64,000 nt of DNA from Tubiluchus corallicola (GCA_030141605.1 JAQGDQ010002386.1:224481-288480); one strand, 5' to 3'. Counted from the first letter of the stretch, positions 1 through 15,534 are shown. Program-made: numbers and translations. The notes: a model not told the origin generated them from the sequence alone.

Positions 1-246
1 AGAGGGAAAATAAGAGAGGAAGAGAAGCTTAAACGAACGAAAAAGTATGAATCGGAAGTGGTATCAATTTACTATGCATGAGTTCTGTTTCATATACGCC
101 GTAGCAGCAACGGTATGTCATGCATTTTTAACATCATATAGGTTGCTTTATATTACTATCTCCTATAGTAATTAATAATGTACGAAATAGACGGTCAGTC
201 TTGATTCGATCGTCAGCGTTGCAATTTAGGATAACAGAGAAACGCA

Positions 247-585
247 ACAGCTTACCGGGCTTTCTACAGCTTACCTGACTTTGTACAGCTTACCCGGTTT
301 TCACAGCTTACTCAGCTTTCTACAGATTACCTGACTTTCTGAAGATTACCAGCCTTTCTGCAACTTACCTGGCTTTCTGCAACTTGCCTGGTTTTCTACA
401 GCTTACCCAGCTGTCGGCCACTTAGATGGCTTTCTACAGTTTACCTGCTCTCTACAGCTTACCCGGCTTTCTGCAACTTACATGGCTTTCTACAGTTTAC
501 CTGGCTTTCTACAGATTACCCGGTTTTCTGCAACTTACATGGCTTTCTACAGTTTACCTGCTTTCTACAGATTACCCGATTTTCT
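247..585. repeat. Degenerate 19-bp minisatellite (consensus ACAGCTTACCTGGCTTTCT), roughly 16 copies
   Basis: Units read directly, e.g. acagcttacctgactttgt, acagattacctgactttct, gcaacttacctggctttct; short interruption near 411-427. Confidence 0.9.
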
Positions 586-2069
586 TTATTGTACATAAAA
601 CGCTTCTGCCTAGTCGTAAATACATGCCACAGTCAATGAAATGTTTAGTGCACTCTATTGGAATAGAAATTTGAGGAAACACTGGTTACGTGGATTTCAA
701 CATTTTGATGACAAGTTATTGCGTTGCCTTCAAGTTCAATTTTTAACTTATTTCACGTTTTTGCGTCTTTCTGCCCATAAGTGTGGGCCACTAGGTTCAA
801 CAAATTATGCGGTTAACAGTTCTAATTTACGTGTGCTTTATTTTTGTATACTACTTATACACAGAAAACGATATATCAGAGTCACAATTAACAAAATAAT
901 AAATTTCACGAGAAATGATGTTGCAACAAGCTAAAAGTTTAAAAAGCCCGCCCAGTCTTACGACACTATGGGAATCCATCTTAGCAGTTATAGCTGAAGT
1001 TACAGTATTGAGATACATAGTGGTACTAATGAGCTATCACCTTGCTCAAAGTCGTTGATTTCTGCATACCATGTAGCGTACCCGTATGCCAATGATTCTA
1101 ACCCTGCAGGCCACGGCCTGTCAACCAGGACTTTTTCAATCTTAGCTTAATTTTATTCTGTGTAGGTTTGCAGTGTATGATGCGTTTTCTGATTTTGATT
1201 TTGAAGCACTGGCTAATGCACGACGTCAATGAGTGTGGTTTCATTGAATTCCCAAAATCCTTTAAGGTGAAATGCACAATAAGTTTAAAAAGAATAAAAA
1301 AGTAAGAAAGAATAATAAAAACTTTTATAAAGTCATATTAAAGGTAAAACAGCTCAACCTTGCAGGTATAAACATGTAAGTGTCCCTAAAGGGTAAATAC
1401 GAACTGAAGCTTTCCTTATAAAGGTCACATTGTCATTCAGTGATTAATCAATTGACTTAGTCTACAAAGCCAGTGGTCATTTTTCAATCGAATTTACGAT
1501 GTGTCACACGACAGTTTATCTACAGTTCGCTTTCACATATTTTACATATTATCCTTTCTCAAACTACATGCTAATGATTTACATTCTATGTTTGAGTAAT
1601 TACGGTATCATGCATATTACATGGCTAGCGTTGTTGTGAGAGTATTTGCAGCGTGATGTGGTTTTTATTGACCGTGCTACTCTCTGTACCTTACGAGAGC
1701 TTGTGCAGCGATATGTCATTGCGCCTGATCTGCATATTTATACAAGCCGAAGCTGAGTGCATGATATGTGTTTAGAATATAATATTGCATGAAATTATGC
1801 TCTCAGAGAGATGGTAAACGTTGAAGTGGACATTTGCTATGATTTATAAGCTATGGGCAGAAAGTTGGACGAACGCCGTTTGCCATGCTATTAATTTCAA
1901 GAAGAAAGTTTTGTTTTCACATTTTAAAGAAATTCCAATTACGTTTAACTGCTGAAAGGCCGCAACGTATACATAATGTGACCAGTTAATTAAAATAAGT
2001 GATGAAAATTCTGCTATCTATTCATTCCAGGCATACAATATGATATTAATATAAACGAGTGTTTAGGCA

Positions 2070-2170
2070 ACAGGAATGGCAGAATGGTTACTATATGTGG
2101 TTGATGACCGAAGTTAAGCAACAATTGCCATAGTCAATAAATGGATGGGTTACCACCGGGAGCAATACTC
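2070..2170 (+). mobile_element. 5S rRNA-derived pseudogene or SINE head, preceded by a tRNA A-box-like motif
   Basis: gatgaccgaagttaagcaac...tggatgggttaccaccggg (2103-2160) resembles the 5S internal control region (box A agttaagc, box C tggatgggtgacc); tggcagaatgg lies upstream at ~2077. Confidence 0.6.
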
Positions 2171-5100
2171 ATTTTAAGTGGTTAAGATTTCACCGCCGTC
2201 TTAGTGTCATCTTGAGGTTAATCCCAATAATTACCTAGATACAGGTCCTGCCACAATGTTAATTAGGCTCTTTCATTGAGTGCTGAATCCCAGTGTGTAA
2301 TGTCCTGAACTTTCTGAAGAATCATCCTACATGTAACATATTTCTTACACAAAAATAACAAGTTTTCCATAGTTTCATTCCTAACGTCGCGTAGCTAATA
2401 AACAAGTTTACAAATAATCAACCATTAACTTTCTCCACCAAATATTAAAAGGTGTATTTCCACACATATCTTAATCTAATTTAAAAAATATATAATAATT
2501 AAATTTTAAAGTTATTAAAGTTAATAAGTAAGTAAAGTTATAATAAGCGTATAGAGTAACATGCACACGCGCCCAAGCACGCACACGCTCATGCACACGC
2601 GGTTAATATGTCTTGGGGTTGTAGGATAACGAATAAATATTGGGCCAGAACCCGTTTTTTAAGTTCAGTTACAAAATGATTTGTCACATGGCTATGGCTA
2701 TGGCCTTGAGCCATGACTATTTGGCTATAGAGTGACTAAGGAGGTGTGTCATGACCCATAGACATCGACCTCGGGACATATAGGCCTCACCTTGTTATTA
2801 GTTAATGAAATTTTACATCTTTGTTGCAGTTCATCTTATTTTCAATAAACATAGCGCTTGTACAAGTCTATAATGTGTTTACTGCATTCTGATAATTACA
2901 CGTAAATTAATATTCCCTTAAACTCTAACTGAATTGTCGTCTGCTGAATTCTACGTACACAATCACATTGTGTGAAGATTGTGGGTTCAACTGTAGCAGC
3001 CTAATTCACTGGCTTCAGAGGAAGAGAAATTATAGTTGCAGCCAGCAAGTGTTATGCTAGTAATAATTAGCACAGCATCTGCCTACTAGTCTATAGTTTC
3101 ATACCTTTGTGCGCATGCGCACACGTACCGGAATTATAAATGCTGCGTGAATTGGAAATGAACGCATTAGACCTGTATAACACCTGTAGAATAAAGGCAC
3201 CAGAACGCCATTAAATGGTGATACTTCATATAACGTAATTGTTTATACTGCGGTGGAAAGTAAATCTGATGTGTAGTATTGGGTATTAGTATCAACACAA
3301 GCGAAATTGGGTTGCCATGTAGAGCGTGACTGCGTTTATCGAATGCAGTAGCCTGGAAGTGGATTTCTTGGCTTCAATTTAAGTGTAGGCATAGGGAGGC
3401 CAGGATAAACAAGATTTATGTGCTGAGGTTGAGAGGTTGACACCGGAACTGTGCAGTGTGAGACTCGCTGAGTCCGTTGCTGTTACCGTTACCTTGGTGA
3501 TTCTGGTATAAGGGCGATTGGATGCTGCAGCCATGGTTACCCCAGCTGATTAGCAGGTATTTGCCCATTGTACGTAATGTTAGGTAGGCATGCTGTACGT
3601 ATTCTCAATTAGCATAGTTATATCAGCCAAAAAATTTTATATAAAAACGCAATTAAAAATGGCTCAGTTGATATTTTGCTAGTGCAATTAAGTAACACAT
3701 TGTGTTGTCTACAAAGCGTTTTTACTGTACATTTACTTTACCTTCTCTTAAAAGGTTTACTTTTAAAGTTAGTTAACATGCAAGTACCGAATTTACTTGC
3801 ATATTAGTATAGTTGAATATACTTGTAGAATCTCAGTATTGTTTCTGAGATCAATGAGAAAGCCAGATCCTCGGAAAGAAAGAAGCCAGCCTGCAACCAA
3901 AAGGAACGCACTGTCATTTCAATTATGAGTTCTTGGTGTATTTTCGGTTGTGTAATTTTAGCTCTGCTAACTGCATGGTTGAAGGTTCTGTTGCTCGCGT
4001 AATGGTTTTCCACAGACCACACAGGAATTTCACGGGAAAAATGTTTGTCCGCGGCAACCAGCTACTATACATAGCCGTGTAGTCGCTTTTAGCTATTTAT
4101 TGTTTTATTCAACATTATAGCTTGCTAGAACTGACTTTTACGTTATTCACAGTATAAATTTTTGTAGCTTTATACTCAAATAAATTCAATTCAATTCAAT
4201 TCTACAAAACCAGTAACGAAATAGTAACAATTTTACACAGTTTTAGGTGAATATTATGCAAATAGAATATCTAAAAACTTTTATTACCTTGGTACTTGCC
4301 AGTAATATCTTTAAGCTGAATAGTAGGTTAGCTGAATAGAATGTAGAACTTTTCTGTATTTATGGTTTGGAGTGCGGAAATTTGAGCATGTAAATGTAAA
4401 TGTGTGGAAAAAATGGAAATGTGGCTTAACAAAAACGTAAAGTTGGATGACCTTTTCAAATTCGATTCGCGTTTTTGCTATGTTCTTGTCTTGGGCTTGT
4501 ACGTGTCGTATAGCAGTATATCTCAGCTTAACTGTGAGAAACCGCACTTTGCCATATTTCTGCTGGTTTTATAGTAACAGAACACCACCATAAATAATTG
4601 AAAAAGCTCACAGTCGGATGTTGATAGCAACTATACTGCGTTCATTCACGTGTGTGTGTTTAATTAGCCGATCAGCATCCCTAGAGAATCATATGAAGCC
4701 ATAATGATACTGCTTGAACTTCATTGTAACACCTAACAGTACTCTGTGTCTCTAGATGTTAGAGGATGCTGAATCTCAAGCGACTTATGGGCAGGTAATT
4801 GGTTCTAATCATCTGGTCGTGTAGATTGTATCCTTGGCTGATTGTGTGTCGCTAAAATTGTCTGAAATAACTGGAAAGATGACAGCCAAGATGGCCGTAA
4901 ATTGAATCAAATTGCAAGATTAGGTGGGTTTCGCTGCGATGTAGAATGTTTGAAAGATGTGCTTGCATGTTAGAAGAGCAAGTTGTAAAAATCATTCACC
5001 AAACTACACTAAGTAGATAAGATGAGAATTTAGACACTAGGGAAGTTGCAAATATGAAAGACGTGGAAGAGATTTAAATAATAACTGGTCACAGTGTTTC

Positions 5101-6769
5101 TGCGTTTCTCAGAATCCTGATATCTCAGCTTTGTATATACTAATTTATGTCATTGCACCTTTGCATGTATGTGTAAGTTACTTAACTTGGTCAAAATGTA
5201 TGCATATGCTGCATAACCCGTGTTCACAATAAGAAACGAATGATTATGATATTAAATATGTAATTAAAATTAATTACGCAATTAAAAATTTGAAAAAGGC
5301 GAAATGTGCTATTGATACGTGATGTGTGATGTGTTTTAATGGTAATGATAAATTTCTCATTTCAGTTAAAAATGGTTTATCAGTACATAAAAGCAACTTA
5401 TTTGTGAACTTTGTAACTAGATTTCGTGTTGAGCGGCTATTCAAAAACTAAATTTAATTTTTTTTATGTATTTCAGTAAACTCTATTATGGAAAGCCTTA
5501 GCGAGATGCTAATATGTAGTTAGATTCAACACACATCAGTAACCGATTTTATACCATACAGTAGCGCCATTAAGGCGTCAGTAAGCCTATTATAATTATT
5601 GAAGTTCATTTTTTATTAAATATTACCTATTTACCCACGCTCGCCTATAATTATATCGTAACTCAATATGTTAATCCATCATTTAGAATTAATCCAACCA
5701 TTTATTTTCAACCTCGTCTCATTTTATCCTTAACTTTCTATCTAGGCTCTACGTTTGTCACACATCCCAGCTTTCACTGTTGCTAAACCTTTCTGCGACT
5801 TAAATGCCATTTATAATAAATGTACTACAATAATGTACACTTGTAATTTTCTTATTAGATATGAATCACATCCGATAAGTTTTGGTATAGGGATTTCTTC
5901 CTGTTGGGAACATCAGTATAATTTATGTTTATGAAAGTATGTAATCTATCTACCATGGATAATCTTAAAACAAAAATACAGTCGAAACGAGTTGCCACCT
6001 TAAACTATAAGACTGGGAGAATGGAACCGAGTAAAACAAGAGGAACTTTTTAAACAATCAGAGAAGGTAATTACATTCCTAGTGCGATATTTCGACAATG
6101 ATAGTTTGTCGTGAGTTGTGAAACATTTGTTAGCTTACTGAAATGATTCCGAGTCAACTGATGGGGATAATTGAAAATTATCACTTGTTGCCCGGCAACT
6201 TCAGCTTCAGCAGCGGCGCCGCGCAATTTTCATCGCCTTTAGTCATCAACTCTACACAATTTCACGACAACAGATGAATTGATTATTATAATTCTTTAAA
6301 ATAAAACTTGTTTATAAAGTAATTTCTTAGCTTGAAACGAACGAATGTCAGAAATATTTTTAAGTATCCTTGGAGGCAAATTAGTTTAGATTAAGAATTT
6401 CATTTCACGTGAAGCGAAGTGAATATCTGCGTGATCACGACGTGTTCTTCGTGACGGAAGTTAAGAACAGGTGAAAAAATGCTCACGCAACCTCAAGCCG
6501 AGCAGTGATTGAGAACTACTTGCAGATATGTTCGACAGCAACAACAATAAGTGGTTTTTGGTACAACGTACCTCTTGCGGCAGCACTTCCTGAAGTTTGC
6601 CATTTTGGGGTTGATTTTATGCTTCCTGTGTAATTTGTTTAGTTCTTTTAATAACAGAGCCAGATTCTTAACGCATTCTACTAATTTCCTCATAAAACGT
6701 TAAAAAAGAGAATAACATTGGCGAAAAATGACGAAAAAAAAAATGATCAAGAAAAACAAACACCATCAC

Positions 6770-6810
6770 TGCAACAACAACAACTACAACAACAACAACA
6801 ACAACAACAA
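6770..6810. repeat. (CAA)n microsatellite
   Basis: Direct reading. Confidence 0.9.
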
Positions 6811-7318
6811 GTACGTCGATCAAAAAATATCATACTAATTAACATTGCAGGCCTACAGGCTTCTTCTTTAAGCTTAATTTTTTTCCAATAAACATTGATA
6901 CTGCTGCTACTGCAGTGATGTTTTTCCACGATGGGTCGAAAGTTTATACACAATAATTACAAACCCCGCGGTTTATTGACAGTAATCTGTTGTCCAACGA
7001 GTGATTGTTAACCGTCTTTATCGTTCTGCATGGAAGATGCTCTCATGTCCAGCCGTTTCGAGAGGCGGTTGAATAACTTGAATACATGTGACAAAGAAAT
7101 TTCTGCGAATTTATGCTTAATGATGTAAAGTGATTTTATTACTGACACTTCTATATTAACTTGTGGTGTACCTTATAGGCGTTCTGAGCTTGTATGAAAT
7201 TTTAGTTATCTGACCGATCCACTTATGATTGTTTTTGGCTCATAATGGCAACACGAGAAAAGTTTTCACAGTTTATATGACCTGCTATAATTAAGTAAAC
7301 GCACAACAGATGTAACAT

Positions 7319-7321
<3 letters not shown>

Positions 7322-7356
<35 letters not shown>

Positions 7357-7367
7357 GATTATTATTA

Positions 7368-7434
<67 letters not shown>
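7322..7434. repeat. (ATT)n microsatellite
   Basis: Direct reading. Confidence 0.97.
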
Positions 7435-7435
<1 letters not shown>

Positions 7436-7805
7436 AGAGGCACAATTACTATAATTGTTATTTTGTGATAATAATAATAATCACCATACTAATGCTCTCC
7501 CAACTGCATAGTGACGCCTTCAACTAGTATTTGTTTCAGTAACTGGTAACATTTTCATAACTTTAGATATCTTGCTTTTAACTTTGTTTTTTTAAATTTT
7601 ATGCATAAACACAAAATAGACGCCAACCAATAAATTTCTTACACTTGCCGGCCAAAAACAGACACTGTTAATCAATAGCAAGTTAGTTTAAGATTTTGTT
7701 TTCTGGTGCTGTGTTTAAATTTTCACTTCTTAAGTGTAGTTAATTTGTTTAACTTCTTTGTGTAAAAACATATATTTGCAGGCCTAAATCAACATTTGGG
7801 TTAAT

Positions 7806-8002
7806 TGGCGTTTATGTAGCTTCCGGAATGCGCATGCGTTATGGGAGTGCGAAGTAGATGAAATCAGTTTATATTATTTTCAATGCACCCGTTCATATGA
7901 CCTGCGTTATGCGCTATTTTTTTCTGCAGTTATTTCTTATTAATTTTTTTATTCCGCAGGCGGAAACGCATAACGCGTTCCGGATGCTACATGAACACCA
8001 CT
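7806..8002. mobile_element. MITE, ~195 bp, with imperfect ~35-bp terminal inverted repeats (copy 1)
   Basis: Left end tggcgtttatgtagcttccggaatgcgcatgcgtt matches the reverse complement of the right end (tggtgttcatgtagcatccggaacgcgttatgcgtt); second copy at ~35294-35469. Confidence 0.75.
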
Positions 8003-8516
8003 AGTCTGCTGTTTAGGAATTCTCACCCGTAACATATTATACGGGTTTACAGATCCCGTCCGGCAAAGAGATTGGGGAATCTACTCGTATGAATATTTCA
8101 TGAGTCTTCAAATATTTCACGAGTGTTCACGGTAACTCCTGGAAAAGCGGGAAACAATATCAATTACTGTAGACTACTTTGATGGCATAAAAACATTTTG
8201 ATATCGCGTTTGCTGCATCAAACAGATATAAAGTAGCACTTTATTGGCCAAAACAACGCGCAAGCAAACACATCGAGAGCCTTGTAGGTGATTTTAACTT
8301 CTGGAAATATCAGTGTAACAAGTGCACAATACGCCAACAACTATTATTCTGATCATTTTTGCTACCGATAACTGCAGCCAAAAAAGAAGGTGCAGACATA
8401 GCACTACTATCATTATTTAATTTCAGCTTAAGTTGTTTAACCAACGATATCATCCCCTCCTCCAGAATCTTTGCACTGATCACGCAGTTAACTATTAGTC
8501 GCTTAATTTAAATACT

Positions 8517-8645
8517 AGTGGTAGTGGTAGTAGTGTTGGTAGTGGCAGCGGTAGCGGTAGCGATAGTGTGCAGCAGCAGCAGTGGCAGTGGCAGCAGAAG
8601 CGGCAGCAGCAGTAGCAGTAGCAATAGCAGTACCAGTAATAGTAA
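8517..8645. repeat. Degenerate (GTA/GTG/GCA)n trinucleotide tract
   Basis: Direct reading; explains the low-complexity ORFs at 8495-8730. Confidence 0.85.
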
Positions 8646-11600
8646 CTCAACCTTTTTGCAGAGACACTTAAATAGAACACTTAAATTTGTTTTGACTTCC
8701 TATCAGTCGAATACAATCGTATTGCAATAAAAATACATCATAACGTTTTAATTATATCCATTTGAAATTTCTTTAATTCAACTAATTGTTTGTTAGTGGC
8801 ACAAACTCTGTTATGATTTGTTATAAATCTGTTAATCATAGAATGAATAAAATTGGATCCAATTCCATAGATGATTGAAACTAATGTGATGTAACTGTAT
8901 TTCCATAGCCAAAGATTTTAGTATTGGCTGCAGGGAGCTGCTTAAAGGTGCACCTTAAATTCCGGTTAAATCCAAAACAAGATTTGTAAAACACTTTTCA
9001 GCGGAACACTAAACTGCATTACAATTCGATTAACAGGATGTGCATTCTGCCATCTTAAAGAACTTAGCTTCCCAAAAGTCACCGCGGGACGTCCCATAAT
9101 GCGCTGTTAAGAAAAACATCTCAGCGAGACTGGGCAAAGAAAGGTTTTTCGTACATCTATGTAGACGGTTTGAGATGCAGATGGATGCCACATGCTACGA
9201 AAAAACACATCTCGTTTTAGCTTATCCTTTCCTTATGTTCCTGTGGTGTGGAAGGGAGGTAAGGATGGTTCGGAAGATGTTCTTCGGTTAAATCCATTTT
9301 TAAAATCTTATGTAATAGTCGTTATTAATCGACCAATGTAACTGCGCAATAGCCTACACGATTTGCCGTCCGATAAGGGGTCGCTATCTTGAAAAGTTAT
9401 TATAATTAAAACGGGCTCTAGGCAGTTTGATGTCCTAGGCGAAAACTATTTGTAGCGTCGCCTCCTCAGCGGTCAACCCCCTTCCTTCATGGTTTTCATC
9501 CCACAGCCAAAATTGAATTTTGTTGCATGTATAAGTAGTACTTGTGTGTTAGGCTAATACATGTATTATAATGTGCTAATTAAGTGTAGTTAATTAACTA
9601 TCTACAGCATGTGTTGATTAAATGTAAAATTGAGTTTATGACCCAATTATACGTCCTGGATGTTCAGGAGCAATGAAAATTTCTTCTATTTTGCTAACAC
9701 TTTTCACGTACATGCTTTTGGCTAGATTTTTCCTGAATCTTTCCATCAATAAATTTTTGAAACACCAACTTCTCTTTTTATATCTATTTCACTAGTTTCA
9801 TCGTCTTTACAACCATAACTCTGGTCTGGTTGAAAATACTGACGTAGACATTCGATATAAGTAATTGTACTTCCAAGAGTGGAACTCATTTATTGTTTTA
9901 AACTAACTGTGTTCCTGTTGTATAGTTTTATCTTATGTGTATAGTTTTGTATTCTGCATTTCCTAATCGTTTTATATAGTACTCTACATATTGATTTAAA
10001 TCTAAAATGAAATAAAATAAAATAACATAAACATCTTTAGTGAATTTGTTTGTTGTTTAGTGTCCGCCTTTCGTTTCCTGTATTACGCTTCTGAAGGTAT
10101 ATTCGATTCTTATATGTTTTTCCGCTACAATTAGGCCAAGATTTTCCTATTGCGAAATCTTCTTGTTAGACAAACACTTTTTTATTAACAGGAGTAGATG
10201 CAATATGAACTGTAGGCAAAAGGAGGGAAATAACGTAATATTGGGAAACCAATTAAAACAAAAGTGGAAAGTGTTTTGCTGCAGGTCAGTGTCGATGAAT
10301 CATACATTTTCAAGAAATTTTTGACACAAATTAACACTTTGTACACAAAGAAATTTAGGCACAGTGACACGAGCTGAAGTTGAGTAGTGGTTATTTTGGA
10401 CATACAACACCTTGCAGATCACTCTGCCTGTGATTTTAGTACGAAGACATTTGACAAATAAGGCGAAAGTACAAAACGAGTTTTTTGGAGCTGCTTAAAT
10501 CACAAGAAGACACCCGTCATAAATAAAAAAATTGTCTTGAAATTTTTTGTCATTGTCTTATTGCATACAAACTTGCGCTAGCAGTAACACTGTATAAAAC
10601 TTTTAAATTAAAACTCCCGCGATGACTGTAGGTGTAGCAATTTTAACCATAAGTCGTTTGAAACAAATTTAGATAACATTGCATAAAGTTTGAAAAAATA
10701 ATAATCAGAATAGTTGTAGCACACTTTGTGCTAACTAAGCAAAAGTAAAAAATCACCTTATTTTGTTAGTAAGATCAATAATGTGTTTTGGTCTCGAAAT
10801 TTCCGAAAATTCAGAACGACTGTTCGTATTTCTACATATAAAATTGCAAAAACAGGTTTTTATCGCCGTATTTCAATTCCAATTCTTATATGTTAAATTT
10901 TAAACTTAAATTTACTGTATTTGTTGCTTGTCTATGATAGCACATTGCTGCTTTTTAAACGTTCTACATAAAAGTTTAAAAATTGATACTCAAATTGAAA
11001 ACTTTATCTTTTCCCAATTACTAGCTAAGCAGCATAAGCTAGAGGAAGTGTGTCTGACTCTAAAAGCTGATTATAATTTTGAAGCGGAAGTTTGTACCGA
11101 TGCTTCTTTCGTAATTACTGTGCAATGACCATGTTTCTTTGACGCGAACGTTGCCATATAAGTAATTTTGACTTTTGGAGCACAGTGTAACTTGGACGTC
11201 ACAAAAGCTCTCTGCAAGAATCATTTACAGTCATCCATCACAGCGCAGTCGTTAGTCTGCTGTGTGCTAGTTTAGAAGCCAGAGTTTTTATGGCTTCCCA
11301 AAGATAAATGAATGTTTTCAGCTGCAAGAGCGCGGCCTGACGCAAAAAAGCTAAAAACATCGTTGACCCGGTTTTAATGCCTTTGCGCATGCGGGGCGAA
11401 CATTTTACTTAACATGCAAAATTTGTAAACATATTTTCACTTGTTTTTTGGGTGATGTGACACCTACCATCGTGTATAAACGACTTTGGACTTGCTGAAT
11501 TGTAAAGAAGATTGAACGTTGTTCGGTAACACGGTTACACAGAAATTTAGGTACCTCTTAACTAGCGGATCTTGGTTTAATTACTGTTATTCGTATATCT

Positions 11601-14600
11601 GCCAAGCACTCAACTTCTGCGCAAATATTTGCTAGGTTTTGCTTAAGTTTTTGTTTAAGTTTTGACGTAAATCACTTACACTTGGCTATACATTTGCTTA
11701 CACTCCTTTCACCAGCTTATTTTTAAATCTGCTTAGGTTACTCATCTACTTTTACTTGCATTAGTTTTGTTAGTATACCTTGATTACATTTGTTTACATT
11801 ATTTACACTTGCCAACAGTTGCACACATTACTTCTGTTAGGTTATTTTGTTTACATTTGTTTATATAGTTACATTTACTTCAATTTGTTGGCATTGCTCC
11901 TATCGTCTTACTTCGTTTACACACGCCTACATCACTTACCTGCTCCACCATACCACTACATTATGTCTGCTAACTTACTTTGTTGAATTTGCTTAGATTA
12001 CTTACCTTAGATTATAATTCCTTTTCATAGTACAAGAAAAACATAGTATAAAACTTATTCATTTAAACTGTTACCTACGTTTTTATGCATCTTTTTGTGC
12101 AAAAATCGTTCTAATTTTAAAATAGATCAACCAAAAATTTCTAGACTTTGCACAACTCACTTATTGGCTTTCTTTGTTTGCAAAATGTTAAAATGGTTTT
12201 TAATTTGTACTATAATTCTGTAAATATTTATTGTGTTTTACATCCAGCTAATATTTACTAAATTTTTATAAACGTGAAACAATAAATTGAGTTTCAAATA
12301 AAAAAATGTAATAGGAAGTTAATTGTTTCCTAAGAATAAAGGCAGCTGCAGTTCTACTAGCATGAGAATACACGTAATAACATGACATGATCAGTCAAAC
12401 GTCTTGAGAATAATAAATTTCTCGTAAAAGCGTTATTGTCCAGAGTAGATTTATTGTATGTGCAGCTGAGCGTAGTTATACTGAGTATGTAGCCTTGGAC
12501 TATAGTGCGAGAGAGAGAAAGAGAGATTGAAATAATATTTCGAACAGTTAAGTTCATATATTTACAAATCCACGCAATTTCACACAAATACATACATGAA
12601 TAAATGTATACTTGAATAATTAAATAACTTGGTGTCAATATTGTAATGCTGGCGATGGTGTCGATTCACTGCAGTACACTTCATTGTAAAACGTGAATTA
12701 GCGAAAAAACAGAGAATTTTTGTAAAATGAACTGGCCAGAACCCAGTGTGCTCCATGTTAATTCTACGGAACAGGTGCTGAGATGTTAATCGCATCTGTC
12801 AGTCAGCCAGTGGAACCGATGAGACCACTCCATATCACCTACTCATAGCTGCTATTCAATGCCGATATGGAATGGCTTCGTAATGTATTAAACCATCACA
12901 ATGTGGTGGTAGGGGTGAAAAGAAATGTCATTTCGCCGCCGTAACTATTAGCTAAAAGTTTAAACACAATTGCTTTTTCGTTCTCAGCATTACAGACAGA
13001 CAGTTCTAAACAGATTGTGTTGCACTTTGTTGCCTATATAATAAAGTTCCCCACTTCTTTCTAATTATGCATGGTGAAACAGACATCACTTTTAAACATA
13101 CAAATTACATTTGAACTGCTGTTCGTACGGATTAGTAAGCTATTTACATATCTTCTGTGTATTACCACGAATTATTTTAAATTTAGTTGTATAGACATAG
13201 ATCTGCGAAATAGTCGATATAAAATTTTTCAAATCTTCTTTATTTGAATTTTTTCACAAATCTTTGCGTTTGTTTGTTAAAACATCTGTCAGATCATACA
13301 AATCACCAGATATGTTAATGGAATTAAACATAATTGTTATAATTATCACAAAAACGAGACAAAATAGAGATAATTTAAACTAATTTTTAACCTTAAGTAG
13401 CAATAGTTATCCAGAAGCTATGAAAGCAAGACACTGACAATAACTGTAGAGGCAAGCGAATTAAACTCTCTACCGGTACACGCCGAAAAGCCAAGATATG
13501 TATGGTTGTGGAAATGCGACTAACCCTTCTAGTCCTATCACCAGAGGCTCTGAAAGGGCAAATAAAATAACTTGAGTAATGGCTTAAACCGCTTGTTGAC
13601 TTATCGTCAAAAATCTAAATACACTGCACCCTGTAATGGTGCGAGTAATTAATTAGTCAAGCTATAAATAGTACAGCTGCGTCACCGTGCCAATAAGAGA
13701 CTTGAAATGACAGTATTTCTCAAGAATGATTAACATCTCAATGTGAACGCGTTACGAGCAGCTATCTTAAAAGGCGCTGTTATTGCTGAATAAGTCATTT
13801 TGACTTCGATGGTCGAAATGGAATGTCGGGTACCATATCTGACTTCATCATTTACAAATAAGGGAATGATGTGGTATTTTTGATTGATTAAATAAGAAGG
13901 AACGTTGGCTAAACAATGTTGGACGCCCCCTGGGTTTGTAAAACGTCATCTGAAGCTTTTAGTCCATTTCTAACTTTTACCCTGGCGACTGGCGTGCTGT
14001 CCATGCTTTTAGTGGGCTTCTAAGTTTTGTCCCAGTGAGATTTCAACGCTGAAATGTTCGTCTCAGCCTCTTACATCAGTTTATGATTAACGTCATTATC
14101 AAGGAAACGATGCCATGGCATATCGTTGTAGTTCTAAAACTGTGCAAGAAGATGTAATATTCCACAGGCTCTGAAATGCTCTAAAAGTTTTGTTATTGTA
14201 TGGCGAAAGAGGCGAATTCATACATTTAAGCCGCTAGACATAATTTACAGGATTTTTTAGACACGGTACAAGAGCAAAAACTACAGCGTCTATGACTTGA
14301 ATCAAATGAAGACTACACCCATTCAAATGAGTGTAACAAACCACAAGTTAAACTTTCTATCTTCTGTGTGTAAAGCCCCTACTGTGCTCTAGAGTCTAGA
14401 TAATCTGGATCCAGGCGGAAACGCATTTTAATTGATGTTATTAGTTTACTATCTGCTTATATCAAGTATGGCATGGCAACACACTGAACATCTGATAATT
14501 TACACTGACAAGCTGCTCAGTAGGGAAGCCTATACTCCTGTTTAGAATATACATGTCTTCCATGTTGTTTAACAAGCTGCAATCCACTTTTCTAGTTTAT

Positions 14601-15534
14601 ATTACTTTATAATTGCAGGGAATACGATATCAGCGGGGGGCATTTCCACCAAGGTAGTCCTGCCAACCTTGTCAACCAAAAAAAGGTTAAACCTTAAATT
14701 GTAAAAAATGTTTTGCAATAATGACGGTGTTGGTGTGAGTAATGTAGATCAGGATGGTGTATCATCTAAGATAATGATCATAGCGATGGTGGAAGCAATT
14801 GTGTTAGGGGTGGTAGTGAGAGCAGCGATGGTGACTGTTATGGTGTAAGAGGGAGTATTAGTGATGAGAATTCTGTAATTTATAAAGGAGACAAATCACT
14901 CAAATCGAACTTGTTGTTAAAGTTTGCAGGGGCAACCTCGCGAATATTCTTTTAGATTCGCCATGATACAAGATTTTTACATTATAGTCACATACGCGAT
15001 TAGTTGCCAATAGCCATTAGGTTCTCTATCGATAGGTATAAATTACACTGCAAACCATAGCTGCCCACAGCGGAAATAGAATCTAACCCATACCCACTAG
15101 CCTGGCTAATCTAGTTTCCAAAATAGCCACATACACATAAACAACCGCGTTCTGTTCTTGTCGTCCGCTAGGCCAAAATACAAACTATATCGCTCAGAGT
15201 AGACGTTTGTTAGGGTTGCCACTTAACAATGTAAGGGTCACTCATGCAATGCGCTGGAATGTATATTGTATTATCCTGTACTTGTATGTCAATTTAATTA
15301 GAAAAGAGTTGGTGACAACAACACGTGACCTGATGTAAAAATATTAAGTAGCTGCCAGGCCGTTGCGCCAAACTCTTTTCTCTGACGTGTGCCGTGATGT
15401 GATATGTAAAGGAATGCAATGCAATGTAGTGCAGTGCAACATATGGTGGAGTAATAGTATACGAACAAAATGATTTGTAATGGTAGTATAAATGGGGACA
15501 GCATTTTATTTCTGAAAATTTTAATTGTTGCTAA

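Noticed and set aside
247-674. Repeat array as a CRISPR, or ORF 426-674 as a gene
   Set aside because: Contiguous degenerate 19-mers with no unique spacers in a eukaryotic context; the ORF periodicity comes from the minisatellite
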